Counted from the stretch's first letter, positions 1 through 9,033 are shown. The stretch: DNA of 64,000 bases from Bacteroidales bacterium (GCA_025355465.1 JANXZO010000025.1:6286-70285), one strand, 5' to 3'. The notes: generated from the sequence alone by a model not told the origin. A program made the numbers and translations.

Positions 1-1
1 A

Positions 2-511
2 TGGGGGCGGAAGTTAAACAATACCTTCAATGTGTTGTTGCGAGCCAATCATTTGCAGGGCAACCTGGTGAAAGGCATTGGTGATGAGATGATGCTGTTT
101 ATAACTGATGAGGAGCTGCTTAATAAGAACTCCGACGGGAACTGTTTCGGACTGCTTTCCAATATTTTCGATTCGCTTTCTGTCATCAGAAGCCACCCGG
201 TTGCCGGGATGTTCCTTAACTGCAAGGTAGCGCTGCATTATTGCACGGAAGTACACAATATCACCTTCTTCGAGGGCGCCAATGATTACTACGGCAGCGA
301 CATTGATCTTACCGCAAGACTCATGTCCAAAAGTATTGAAAACAGGATTGTTCTGAGCGAGAAGTTTTATGTGAAGGTGCAGAATGACCTTATTGATCTT
401 GGGATGGATCCGGATTCAGGCTGTGTGAAACTAATCTCGGAAAGATATATCGAGAATTTTAAAGGAGTCCCGACAAGTACGGCTTTTCGGGTGTTGGATG
501 TAGCGAGTTAA
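2..511 (+). CDS. C-terminal fragment of a class III nucleotidyl (adenylate/guanylate) cyclase-like domain protein; the 5' end is outside the window
   Basis: The frame is open from base 2 to TAA at 509-511. KGIGDEMMLF and KVALHYCTEV...YYGSDIDLTARL resemble the K-x-IGD-x-x-M and GIH-x-G...G-x-x-VN-x-A-x-RL blocks of cyclase homology domains, but several positions are divergent. Confidence 0.4.
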   Translation, partial: WGRKLNNTFNVLLRANHLQGNLVKGIGDEMMLFITDEELLNKNSDGNCFGLLSNIFDSLSVIRSHPVAGMFLNCKVALHYCTEVHNITFFEGANDYYGSDIDLTARLMSKSIENRIVLSEKFYVKVQNDLIDLGMDPDSGCVKLISERYIENFKGVPTSTAFRVLDVAS

Positions 512-559
512 TGTTGGTTTTATTGCCCTTTCACTTCATAACCCTGTTATCTTTTCACC

Positions 560-1285
560 ATGCCCCCCATCCTTATCTATATCATATTAATTCTAACGGT
601 ACTCGGCAGTGGCTCACTTGTATTTCTGTTCAAGGAAGGCAATGACCGCGTATTGAAGTTTCTGCTGGCATTCAGCGGAGCCTTTCTGATAGGGCTTATT
701 TTTTTGAAGCTGGTTCCCGAAGTATTCAGCAATGCCGGAGCATTTACCGGTTTATTTGTAATCCTGGGGTTTCTTCTTCAGCTATCGCTCGAACTCATCA
801 CTGACGGAGCAGAGCATGGTCATCACCATGAGCATTCTGACGATGAAACAGTTTCGCCATTTCTTTTGCTGATCGGGATTTGCATTCACTCATTTCTGGA
901 AGGAATGCCCATTGTTCAGAGTTTCGACACCAAGGTTCAGCACACCCTGGTGCTGGGTATCGTAGTGCATAATATTCCCATCTCTCTCACCCTGATGAGC
1001 CTTTTCCTGCACTACGGACTTACCCGTACCAAAGCCTTCATCTTCCTCGCAATTTTTTCCCTTATGACTCCTTTGGGGTCGTTGCTTGGCAATTTCCTGG
1101 AGCGCTACATCACAGTCTCGCTTGAGGGTTTATTCAACTATGTTCTGGCTGTGGTGATTGGTATCTTTCTTCATGTTTCCACCTCGATCCTTTTTGAAAC
1201 AGAGGAGAATCATCGATATAACATTCAGAAATTCATCACGGTAGTTGTCGGCCTTGCCATTGCATTCGGAATTTCTTTACTGTAA
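560..1285 (+). CDS. ZIP-family divalent metal (zinc) transporter
   Basis: 241-aa polytopic membrane protein with a His-rich loop (EHGHHHEHSDDE) and HSFLEG / HNIPISL motifs typical of ZIP/ZupT-type permeases. Confidence 0.85.
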   Translation: MPPILIYIILILTVLGSGSLVFLFKEGNDRVLKFLLAFSGAFLIGLIFLKLVPEVFSNAGAFTGLFVILGFLLQLSLELITDGAEHGHHHEHSDDETVSPFLLLIGICIHSFLEGMPIVQSFDTKVQHTLVLGIVVHNIPISLTLMSLFLHYGLTRTKAFIFLAIFSLMTPLGSLLGNFLERYITVSLEGLFNYVLAVVIGIFLHVSTSILFETEENHRYNIQKFITVVVGLAIAFGISLL

Positions 1286-1320
1286 TCCCCGGAAATCTTT
1301 GTTGGAAAGAAAATTATCCT

Positions 1321-1328
1321 TAATTTTG
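1321..1328 (+). promoter_or_regulatory. Bacteroidota-type -7 promoter box (TAnnTTTG) upstream of tRNA-Leu
   Basis: TAATTTTG matches TAnnTTTG exactly and lies about 32 nt upstream of the tRNA 5' end. Confidence 0.35.
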
Positions 1329-1359
1329 CGCTCCCAAACCCGATCATTATTTCGGGAAG

Positions 1360-1445
1360 GCCCAGGTGGTGAAATTGGTAGACACGCTACTTTGAGGGGG
1401 TAGTGTCCTTAGGATGTGCAAGTTCGAGTCTTGTCCTGGGCACCA
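1360..1445 (+). tRNA. tRNA-Leu (anticodon GAG), class II with a long variable arm and encoded CCA
   Basis: Acceptor stem GCCCAGG/CCTGGGC, discriminator A, then CCA. Anticodon stem CTACT/GGTAG with loop TTGAGGG. GGTTCGAGTC-type T-arm (AGTTCGAGTCT). Confidence 0.9.
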
Positions 1446-1448
1446 GCA

Positions 1449-1485
1449 GCAGGAATGGTTGAAAAATCATTCCTGCTTTTTTTTT
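1449..1485 (+). terminator. Rho-independent terminator after tRNA-Leu
   Basis: Perfect 9-bp stem gcaggaatg (1449-1457) / cattcctgc (1468-1476) followed by a 9-T run (1477-1485). Confidence 0.8.
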
Positions 1486-1502
1486 ACCTTTCTGGAAAAC
1501 AT

Positions 1503-1510
1503 TATATTTG
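1503..1510 (+). promoter_or_regulatory. Bacteroidota-type -7 promoter box upstream of the kinase/regulator operon
   Basis: TATATTTG matches TAnnTTTG and lies 27 nt upstream of ATG 1537. Confidence 0.35.
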
Positions 1511-1536
1511 GATTTTAATGTTAGGTGAAAAGCCTT

Positions 1537-3060
1537 ATGGAGTCCAAGGTCCTGCCCACAATCCTCATTGTAGATGACATCGAATCGAATGTGCAGATTA
1601 TCGAACATTCCATCCGGGGGCTCAATGTTAATATTATAAAGGCCTATTCAGGGAAAGAGGCGCTTGAGAAGATTTCCGGTCACGATCTTGCATTGGCACT
1701 ACTCGATATGGAGATGCCTGTAATGGGAGGACAGGAGTTGGCCAGGCTTATTCATTCGGACCATTCACGCGACATGGTACCGATCATCTTTGTAACCGCT
1801 TATTCGTTTCATGAAGTTCATATCGAGAAGTACTATGAGACGGGAATAATCGACTTTATTATTAAGCCATTTCATAAGAACATCCTGGTTAGTAAGATCA
1901 AAATTTTACTGGAGCTATATAGCCAGAAGCAACGGATACGGGAATCGGAAAAAATGTACCGCATGTTGCTGGACGCTTCTCCCGAAGGGATCATTATAAT
2001 GAGTATTTCCGGGCTGATCAGAGAAATATCGTCCATTGCCATGAGAGTCTTCAATATTGCCCAAAAGGATGAATTTATAGGGCATCACATCACTGCATTG
2101 TTTCCGCTGGAGGAGAAGGAGCGACTGAACGAAATGATCAGAACCACGCTGGGTGAAGGTCTGACCCAGAATGTCGAATTCACGCTGAGCAAGGCTGATC
2201 AGACCCGTTTCTTTGCAGAAATAAGCACCACACTGATCGTCGACAGCAATGGTCATCCGCAATCATTAATGACCATTATCCGCGACATAACGGAGCGCAA
2301 ACGGATTGAGCAGCATTTAATACATACGGAACGGCTGGCCGGCCTGGGTGAAATGGCCGCAGGAATTGCCCATGAGATAAATCAACCGTTGAATACGATC
2401 TCGATCGGACTTGAAAATTTACTGCATGAAGTCCTACACAACCGAATTGATCCGGGTTACCTGCAAAACAAATCCAGGAAGATCTTTGAGAACATCTCAA
2501 GGATTGATCACATTATCGATCATATCCGTACTTTTTCGCGGACCAGCGATGGCGATTTTGGCAATGAATTCAGCGTAAATGAGAGTATTGTGAATGCCGT
2601 TGCCATGATATCCGGCCAATTGAAGCATGCCGGGATAGAACTGATCCTTGAAATGGATGAGAAATTACCATCGGTAGTTGGTAATACCTATAAATTTGAA
2701 CAAGTGATCCTTAATATGTTGATAAATGCCAAGGATGCCATTGAGGAGCGATACAATCTGGTAAAGAGCCGCTGGCACAAAATAATCGGAGTAAAGACGC
2801 AACCGGGCAAGAATCAAGTTATCGTAGTTGTTTCCGATAATGGAATTGGAATCAAACCCGACGAACTGGACAAGATCATGTTGCCTTTTCATACAACCAA
2901 AGAGGCGGGGAAAGGAACCGGACTTGGTCTCTCTATTTCTTTCGGGATTATCCGGGAGATGAACGGGAGCATCGAAGTGACCAGCAAGTATTCGGAAGGA
3001 ACCAATGTAAGAATTGTGATTCCGGAGAGTGTTAATCAAGATTTAAACCATGATGAATAA
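1537..3060 (+). CDS. Cytoplasmic hybrid sensor histidine kinase (N-terminal receiver - PAS - HisKA - HATPase_c)
   Basis: Receiver motifs ILIVDD and LALLDMEMP. PAS segment SPEGIIIMS...RDITERK. H-box AAGIAHEINQPL. N/G boxes LNMLINAKDA, DNGIGI, GTGLGLSIS. No transmembrane segment. The ORF track starts at GTG 1525; ATG 1537 is preferred. Confidence 0.85.
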   Translation: MESKVLPTILIVDDIESNVQIIEHSIRGLNVNIIKAYSGKEALEKISGHDLALALLDMEMPVMGGQELARLIHSDHSRDMVPIIFVTAYSFHEVHIEKYYETGIIDFIIKPFHKNILVSKIKILLELYSQKQRIRESEKMYRMLLDASPEGIIIMSISGLIREISSIAMRVFNIAQKDEFIGHHITALFPLEEKERLNEMIRTTLGEGLTQNVEFTLSKADQTRFFAEISTTLIVDSNGHPQSLMTIIRDITERKRIEQHLIHTERLAGLGEMAAGIAHEINQPLNTISIGLENLLHEVLHNRIDPGYLQNKSRKIFENISRIDHIIDHIRTFSRTSDGDFGNEFSVNESIVNAVAMISGQLKHAGIELILEMDEKLPSVVGNTYKFEQVILNMLINAKDAIEERYNLVKSRWHKIIGVKTQPGKNQVIVVVSDNGIGIKPDELDKIMLPFHTTKEAGKGTGLGLSISFGIIREMNGSIEVTSKYSEGTNVRIVIPESVNQDLNHDE

Positions 3061-4441
3061 AATCAGCGTCCTGATCCTCGATGATGAGCGTCAGTTTACA
3101 GAAGAGCTTGAGGAATTCTTCCGGAACAGGGGATTTGATCCATCCATTGCCAATTCCGGTGAGGAAGGGTTGGCATTACTTAAGCAAAAAAAGGTTGACC
3201 TGTTGATCCTGGATGTCCGCCTGCCAGGTATCAGCGGGCTTGATGTACTTAAGGAGGTAAAGTTACGATATCCCTCCATGGAGGTTATTGTTGTTTCTGC
3301 CCACGGTGATATGGACACTGTTATCAGTGCCATGAGACTGGGGGCCCTGGATTATCTCCGGAAGCCCTTTCGCCAGCTGGATATCCGGATTGCCATTGAG
3401 CGTACACGGAAGTTTATTCATTTGCAGCAACGGCTCAAACAGATCGAGGAGAAAAGTTCATTGATCACCAAGGCATTGGAAGAGCGGATAGAGCGGAACC
3501 TGATCGGTGTGAGTGAGGAGATCAGAAAGGTATTAGGAATGGCCATGACCGCTGCAAAATTCCCGGATACGCATGTGCTGATTACCGGCGAGAGCGGCAC
3601 CGGCAAGGAGAATATTGCACGGATTATTCATTTTGCCAGTGATCGTAAGGATAACCTGTTATATGCGGTAAACAGCAGTTCCGTGCCAGAATCGTTGATC
3701 GAGAGTGAGTTTTTTGGTCATAAAAAAGGATCATTCACCGGAGCGGCAAGTGATAAAAAGGGTTTTTTTGAAATTTGCGATCACGGGACCTTGTTCTTTG
3801 ATGAGATTGCTGATATGCCGATGAACATGCAATCGAAGGTACTGCGGGCGATTGAAGAAAAGCAGATCACGAGGGTAGGGGATACAGAGCCTGTAAGGAC
3901 TGACTTTCGGATCATCTCGGCCACCAACCACGACCTTGATCAGATGGTGACTGAAAAAAAGTTCAGGCTGGACCTCTTTCACAGGCTGAACACATTGCAC
4001 ATCTATATTCCTCCCTTACGGGAACGGCCCGATGATATCGCTCCACTGTTACATCATTTTGCGTCTGAATTTTCCAAAAAGATAAACCGTCCTGCTCCTG
4101 CCATTGAAAAAGGCGTTGTTCCCCTGCTGATGCAGTATGACTTTCCCGGAAATATTCGGGAATTAAAAAATCTTGTCGAACGGGCGGTTATTCTCTCTTT
4201 TGGCGGAACCCTCTGTGTGAGCGATTTTCCGTTGAAACCCAAAAGAGAGAGACCTAAAGGAGCCGCACTGCCGAAGCAAACCCTCATAGATGCTGAAATC
4301 GACATGATTAAAAGTGCCTTGCATGAATTGGGTTTCAACCAGAAAGTTACTGCCGCCCAACTGGGAATTTCCCGTGATGCACTGATCCGGAAAATGAAAA
4401 AATTCGGCATCACCATTATCCGCACCGACCAGACCGACTGA
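3050..4441 (+). CDS. Sigma-54-dependent response regulator (NtrC family: receiver - AAA+ - Fis-type HTH)
   Basis: Receiver LILDDE / LLILDVRLPG. Walker A GESGTGKE. Sigma-54 contact loop GSFTGA (a GAFTGA variant). FFDEIADM Walker B. C-terminal HTH AAQLGISRDALIRKMKKFGI. The start overlaps the kinase stop (ATGATGAATAA). Confidence 0.9.
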   Translation: MMNKISVLILDDERQFTEELEEFFRNRGFDPSIANSGEEGLALLKQKKVDLLILDVRLPGISGLDVLKEVKLRYPSMEVIVVSAHGDMDTVISAMRLGALDYLRKPFRQLDIRIAIERTRKFIHLQQRLKQIEEKSSLITKALEERIERNLIGVSEEIRKVLGMAMTAAKFPDTHVLITGESGTGKENIARIIHFASDRKDNLLYAVNSSSVPESLIESEFFGHKKGSFTGAASDKKGFFEICDHGTLFFDEIADMPMNMQSKVLRAIEEKQITRVGDTEPVRTDFRIISATNHDLDQMVTEKKFRLDLFHRLNTLHIYIPPLRERPDDIAPLLHHFASEFSKKINRPAPAIEKGVVPLLMQYDFPGNIRELKNLVERAVILSFGGTLCVSDFPLKPKRERPKGAALPKQTLIDAEIDMIKSALHELGFNQKVTAAQLGISRDALIRKMKKFGITIIRTDQTD

Positions 4442-4579
4442 TAACCGCACATTTGTGCGATTATTCAAATTCAATTCCGGACACAATAGTTGGGTTTATT
4501 ACTTCTTGCCTTTCTTCCTGATTTTTTAACTTGCAGATAGTATGCTTGTTAGAATTGATTTTTTGGTGTCTGCCTTCCC

Positions 4580-4596
4580 CGGCATGCCTTTTGCAT
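4580..4596 (+). promoter_or_regulatory. Putative sigma-54 (-24/-12) promoter
   Basis: cGGCATGccttTTGCAt. GG at 4581-4582 and GC at 4593-4594 are separated by exactly 10 nt, as in TGGCAC-N5-TTGCW. It lies downstream of the sigma-54 activator gene and upstream of the next ORF. Confidence 0.6.
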
Positions 4597-4695
4597 ATTG
4601 GTTAAAAACCAACAATCTGAAATATGAGAAAACCGGAAAAATTCAACATGAAAAGGATACCATTTAAATCAACAGAAACCAAAAACAACAACACC

Positions 4696-5685
4696 ATGAA
4701 AAAATTATTTCTACTATTGATTGTGACATTATTTGCAGCCATGGCATCCGCCTATGGGCAATCTTGTACACCTGGTCCGCTGAATCCGGCTGCGGGGAAT
4801 CCTTACAATTACAAGGTGATCATCGGAAATCCGCCCTACAATGGCACACTTGGGAGTTTTACCTGGTATGTAACGACCAATGTGGACCTGCTCAGCACCA
4901 CGGGAGTCCTTCCGAGTCCGGGTCCTGAGATCATTGCAACCGGAACCTACAACGCGCCGGCGGTGGGACAGGATCAGATTGACATCACGTGGACTGCCCA
5001 GGCGGTTGTTAACGGGATGACCAATCCATATTACCTGGTGGTGAAGTTCGCCGGAAACAACGGAATTTGCGATGCCATGAACATGAAGGTATGGCAGGTC
5101 ACGCCCATCAATACATTCCTTTTGGCGATCAACAATATGGGTGGTGCGGGAAACAACGGAACCTATTGCGCAGCCCCGGTCAGCTCTGCGATCGTAACCC
5201 CCGGAGCCAGTCCGACGGTAAACTACCAGTATGGGGTGAACTCTATTTATGCCAGGGTTACCGCTTCTCAATACACCGGTCCGTGGACCCCTTCGTTCCG
5301 CATCGACGGGCTTGATGCAGTTCAGACACTCACCAGTGTAGTGTGGAGTACAGACTCGTTATTCACCACAACGCATACCACGACCATTGCCGGTAATGTT
5401 GCCACCTCCGCCGACGTTGCAACCGCAGCGTTCGACGGCAGTGCAAAGATTTGGGTTAAGGTTGATATTACGAACAACAGTTTTGAAACGCTTGCAGACC
5501 TTGCCATTGTTCTCGGTGTTGACGGGGTTATTACCGTAGGCGCAACCACCCTCAATGACGTTAAATCACTGACCGACTGTTCTGACGAAATCATTTTCGG
5601 AAAGTTTACAAACCAGACCATCAAAGCTCGTCCGACTGTTACCCCCGATCCCGCAACCGGTCCTTTTATTGTTAAAAATCCTTAA
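4696..5685 (+). CDS. Secreted or cell-surface protein of unknown function
   Basis: Signal peptide MKKLFLLLIVTLFAAMASAYGQ directly after an A-rich leader. Thr/Gly/Asn-rich beta-type composition with no recognisable sorting domain. The ORF track offers an upstream ATG at 4624. Confidence 0.6.
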   Translation: MKKLFLLLIVTLFAAMASAYGQSCTPGPLNPAAGNPYNYKVIIGNPPYNGTLGSFTWYVTTNVDLLSTTGVLPSPGPEIIATGTYNAPAVGQDQIDITWTAQAVVNGMTNPYYLVVKFAGNNGICDAMNMKVWQVTPINTFLLAINNMGGAGNNGTYCAAPVSSAIVTPGASPTVNYQYGVNSIYARVTASQYTGPWTPSFRIDGLDAVQTLTSVVWSTDSLFTTTHTTTIAGNVATSADVATAAFDGSAKIWVKVDITNNSFETLADLAIVLGVDGVITVGATTLNDVKSLTDCSDEIIFGKFTNQTIKARPTVTPDPATGPFIVKNP

Positions 5686-5825
5686 CCTCTGTTCAGTCAA
5701 CTCTGCCATTTGTGTGGCGACCTGAATGTTAAACGGTGAGGAGGATTTTTATGTTTGTCTGTCAATTCCCGGCTGGTCTTCCTGACTGGCCGGGAGATGA
5801 CTTAATCCCGGGATAATTTAACGAA

Positions 5826-7010
5826 ATGCAACGTGAATCTGGCACCCAAAAATTTTGGTTTATCATCCTGGTGGCAATGTTTGTCTTACAGGAAGGGATT
5901 GCCCAGGATGGCCAGACTGTGCAGGAAGGACAGATGTATGGACTGGGAGTTATTCCCATTGCAGGGGGAACTTATTTTTGGCATGTATTCAAAGACCATA
6001 CGCTCCAGACAGAGGCCGATACTTCGGAGGTTGTGTTCCCATCGGGAAATGAGGGTTCTTCCGTTCCAGTCGTCTGGTTGAAAAGCGGCCTCTATTACTT
6101 CACTGTTTCGGCTGAGAATGAGCGCGGTTGTTCCAATCTGAAGGTGGGGATGATCACCGTGGATGCCTTGTCCATGTTGCTTCCCACGATCAGAATCAGA
6201 TTGGACAAGAACCCTGTTTGTGCGGGAACCAAGGTCAGATTTTGGGCCTTGACCACCAATCAGGGGCTTGATGCCAAGTTTCGCTGGTATAAAAATGGCC
6301 GGATTGTCGGTACCGACTGGCCAAACTATTCGGACAGCACGCTGGCTGATAACGATCGGATCAGTTGTATCATGACACAATTACCAACCCGCTCCACAGA
6401 TGACCCCCTAAGTGCACAATCTAATGAGCTCATTGTAACTGTTTACACCACAGAAGCTGGATTTTCGATTCGGGAGAAGGGAGGCGGATCCACCGGAAGC
6501 ATTTCTCTGATCAACCAATCGACCGGAGCTGATGAGTACGACTGGGACCTCGGCAACGGGTTTTCGTCGATGCTGGAAAATCCTGAGATCTCGTATACGG
6601 AAGACGGAATCTACCTGATCAGACTTGTGGCGCGGAAGGTTGGCTACTGTGCTGATACGGCAGAGATAAAATACCGGATGATGTTCAAAGGGTTGTATAT
6701 CCCCAATGCATTTGCACCTGGTGCAACCACTGGATTACCCGGTGTATTCAAACCTGCCGGAATCAACCTGAAGCGGTTTAAGATCGAAATATTTGATAAT
6801 TGGGGTCATCCTTTGTGGCAATCAACAGCCCTGGATGAGAGCGGAATACCAACCGAATCATGGGATGGAACCTACCTGGGCAGGCTGATGCCACAGGATA
6901 CATATCTGTGGAAAGCAGAGGCGGAGTTCACGGACGGTACAGTTTGGGAAGGTTCTGATATCGGGAAAGGGGCGGCTAAGACGATAGGCACTGTTACTTT
7001 ACTGAGATAA
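5826..7010 (+). CDS. T9SS type-B sorting-domain protein (gliding-motility-associated C-terminal domain) with a PKD-like module
   Basis: The C-terminus YIPNAFAPGATTGLPGVFKPAG...FKIEIFDNWGHPLWQS...WDGTYLGRLMPQDTYLWKAE matches the PNAF-x-PNGDG...IFNRWG...WDG...G-x-Y type-B CTD pattern. The internal segment INQSTGADEYDWDLGNG is PKD-like. Confidence 0.8.
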   Translation: MQRESGTQKFWFIILVAMFVLQEGIAQDGQTVQEGQMYGLGVIPIAGGTYFWHVFKDHTLQTEADTSEVVFPSGNEGSSVPVVWLKSGLYYFTVSAENERGCSNLKVGMITVDALSMLLPTIRIRLDKNPVCAGTKVRFWALTTNQGLDAKFRWYKNGRIVGTDWPNYSDSTLADNDRISCIMTQLPTRSTDDPLSAQSNELIVTVYTTEAGFSIREKGGGSTGSISLINQSTGADEYDWDLGNGFSSMLENPEISYTEDGIYLIRLVARKVGYCADTAEIKYRMMFKGLYIPNAFAPGATTGLPGVFKPAGINLKRFKIEIFDNWGHPLWQSTALDESGIPTESWDGTYLGRLMPQDTYLWKAEAEFTDGTVWEGSDIGKGAAKTIGTVTLLR

Positions 7011-7024
7011 AGCAGGAGGAAGAG

Positions 7025-8128
7025 ATGAGACACAATTCCTTATTTGCCGTAACCATTTTTATCGGGATGATGTTTGCAGTTATTGAAGTAAGGGCGCAGG
7101 ATCCCAACTATTCGCAGTGGTTAAACGCCCCGTTGTATTATAACCCGGCCTATACCGGCCTCAACAGCGGATTACGGGCAAGACTCTCTTGCCGGGATCA
7201 GTGGCCGAACCTCCCGGTGGATTTTAAAACCATGTATTTTTCGGCTGATTTCGGAGACAGGAACCTGCCCGGTTCGGGTGGAATAGGACTGCATGTAAAC
7301 CGCGACAATGAAGGCATCGGGTTTATAAAGAACCTCTCTGTTGCGTTGGCACTTTCGGTGCGGATTCCAATTTTCTATAACATTATCTGTCAGGTAGGAC
7401 TAAAAGGCGCTTTGATGCAGAAATGGCTTCAGTGGAGTGATTTTGTTTTCAGTGATCAGCTCAGCAACAAATACGGTAATATATATTCCACGCAGATGCC
7501 GGCACCGGAAGCACAGTCGAGGCTATCGCCGGATTTTGGAGTGGGTGGACTGATGCAGCTCATCAATAATGCAGGCAATCTTACCATCACTGCGGGATGT
7601 GCGGTCGATCATATATTCCAGCCCGACCAATCCTTTATCTCGGTAATCAGGGCGCCGCTGCCCAGGAAGTATGTCGGTCATCTTGATATGGTTATTACGC
7701 TGGGGAACGGGCCAAACTCTTCACAAAATCCGGTCAAAGGATTTGCGGACCCATTGCGGCTTAATCCCGGGATCATTTATCAGAACCAGAATAACCTCAG
7801 CTCAATACAGGTGGGGGTAAATGCATTAAAATACAATATCTACCTGGGGGGGTATCTAAAAGCGACATCGGTTTACGGGCCTACTACTTCGTTGATGGTG
7901 CTGGCAGGCTACCGATACATCGCATCACCGACAACAAATATCAAATTCATGTACAGTTACGACATTCAGGTGTCAAAGAACCTGCAGGGCACCGGAGGCG
8001 CGCACGAAATAAGCCTGATCATTGAATTCAAAGGATTGCAGGTAGCCGGACGAAACCGATTCCGTACCTGTACCACGGAGACCGGCCCGGACAGGAATCC
8101 AGCCTACCTGGAGTGTAGTCCATTTTAA
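7025..8128 (+). CDS. PorP/SprF-family type IX secretion system membrane protein
   Basis: Signal peptide followed by the hallmark QDPNYSQWLNAPLYYNPAYTGL. The C-terminal HEISLIIEF block and terminal CSPF are typical of the family. It sits immediately downstream of a type-B CTD gene, the usual arrangement. Confidence 0.85.
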   Translation: MRHNSLFAVTIFIGMMFAVIEVRAQDPNYSQWLNAPLYYNPAYTGLNSGLRARLSCRDQWPNLPVDFKTMYFSADFGDRNLPGSGGIGLHVNRDNEGIGFIKNLSVALALSVRIPIFYNIICQVGLKGALMQKWLQWSDFVFSDQLSNKYGNIYSTQMPAPEAQSRLSPDFGVGGLMQLINNAGNLTITAGCAVDHIFQPDQSFISVIRAPLPRKYVGHLDMVITLGNGPNSSQNPVKGFADPLRLNPGIIYQNQNNLSSIQVGVNALKYNIYLGGYLKATSVYGPTTSLMVLAGYRYIASPTTNIKFMYSYDIQVSKNLQGTGGAHEISLIIEFKGLQVAGRNRFRTCTTETGPDRNPAYLECSPF

Positions 8129-8130
8129 AA

Positions 8131-8154
8131 ATGGTGAAATGGTGAAATGGTGAA
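8131..8154. repeat. Three perfect tandem copies of the octamer atggtgaa
   Basis: Read directly: atggtgaa at 8131-8138, 8139-8146 and 8147-8154, just after the PorP/SprF stop codon. Confidence 0.9.
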
Positions 8155-8235
8155 AATTTGTCACGCGACACGCTTCATGCGACACCTTTTTCTGAATTAA
8201 TTTCAAATTTAATTAGCAGATTTCAGGATAAGTTG

Positions 8236-8243
8236 TACTTTTG
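8236..8243 (+). promoter_or_regulatory. Bacteroidota-type -7 promoter box upstream of tRNA-Leu(CAG)
   Basis: TACTTTTG matches TAnnTTTG and lies 13 nt upstream of the tRNA 5' end. Confidence 0.35.
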
Positions 8244-8255
8244 CACCCCCAAGAA

Positions 8256-8339
8256 GCCCGGATGGCGGAATTGGTAGACGCGCTAGTTTCAGGGACTAGT
8301 ATCCTTAAGGATGTGCAGGTTCGAGTCCTGTTCCGGGCA
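8256..8339 (+). tRNA. tRNA-Leu (anticodon CAG), class II; CCA not encoded
   Basis: Acceptor stem GCCCGGA/TCCGGGC with discriminator A. Anticodon stem CTAGT/ACTAG with loop TTCAGGG. T-arm GGTTCGAGTCC. Long variable arm. Confidence 0.9.
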
Positions 8340-8357
8340 CCGGGATGTAAAATAAAA

Positions 8358-8390
8358 CGCTGTAAGTTTGTTGCTTACGGCGTTTTTTTT
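8358..8390 (+). terminator. Rho-independent terminator after tRNA-Leu(CAG)
   Basis: 9-bp stem cgctgtaag / cttacggcg (one G-U pair), 7-nt loop, then an 8-T run (8383-8390). Confidence 0.7.
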
Positions 8391-8511
8391 CGGCGTCTGA
8401 GTAGGCACCCGTATAATTGCCGAATTGTTCCGATTCGCTTCTGTGATTTAATGTTTTTCGTTTGGGCGAATTGTGAAATTATCGTAAATTTCGGTGATTA
8501 AATCCAAGTCC

Positions 8512-9033
8512 ATGAATATTTTCGGAAATAATTATCTCAATATTATTTTCAGTAGCGTAGCCGTTTATCTGTTCCTTATTGTTGCAATCCGGCTTTTCGG
8601 AAAGAAGGAACTTGCTCAGTTGTCGGTCTTTGACCTCGTCTTCATCCTGCTTATCAGCAACTCGGTACAAAATGCCATGGTGCTGGGCGACAATACGCTT
8701 TTAGGCGGATTACTTGCTGCCCTGGCCCTCTTCCTTGTAAATTACGTGTTGAAATACCTTCAATACCGTTATCCGACATTCGGACGTGCGTTGCAGGGCG
8801 ACCCTGTCATGCTTGTTTATAAAGGAGAAGTTCTGACTTCCCATCTGAAACTCGCAAAGATCACCGAAGATGAGCTGCTTGAAGCCATTCGCGAGCACGG
8901 AGTCTCATCGCCTGCCGAGGTCGACCTTGCCATACTCGAGGTAGATGGCAACATCAGCGTACTTTCCCACGAATATTCGCAGAAAAGCAGTCGACGGAAA
9001 AAGGCGCACAAAATCCTTAAGAAGTCCTCTTAG
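8512..9033 (+). CDS. DUF421 (YetF-like) membrane protein
   Basis: N-terminal TM segments with LFGKKELAQLSVFDLVFILLISNSVQNAM, plus the C-terminal soluble domain typical of DUF421. ATG 8512 is preferred over GTG 8494. Confidence 0.8.
   Translation: MNIFGNNYLNIIFSSVAVYLFLIVAIRLFGKKELAQLSVFDLVFILLISNSVQNAMVLGDNTLLGGLLAALALFLVNYVLKYLQYRYPTFGRALQGDPVMLVYKGEVLTSHLKLAKITEDELLEAIREHGVSSPAEVDLAILEVDGNISVLSHEYSQKSSRRKKAHKILKKSS

Noticed and set aside
5738-5790. The hairpin cccggc...gccggg between the first and second genes of the sigma-54-driven cluster, considered as a terminator.
   Set aside because: The stem is only 6 bp, the loop is 15 nt, and there is no T-run. This is insufficient to call a terminator.
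8131-8154. A triple tandem octamer (atggtgaa), considered as a possible CRISPR, regulatory repeat or phase-variation tract.
   Set aside because: It is only 24 nt, has no spacers, and lies in a 3' intergenic position before a tRNA promoter. It is recorded as a repeat feature, but there is no basis for assigning a function. No CRISPR-like array was seen anywhere in the window.
1360-8339. The segment is bracketed by two same-orientation tRNA-Leu genes (GAG and CAG isoacceptors). I considered whether it is an integrated genomic island.
   Set aside because: There is no integrase or recombinase gene. I saw no duplicated tRNA 3'-end direct repeat. Each tRNA has its own promoter box and terminator. 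The content (two-component system plus T9SS cassette) looks like ordinary chromosomal Bacteroidota genes.
8241-8501. An 86-aa ORF beginning MHPQEARMAELVDALVSG.
   Set aside because: It is simply a translation through the tRNA-Leu(CAG) gene and its terminator.
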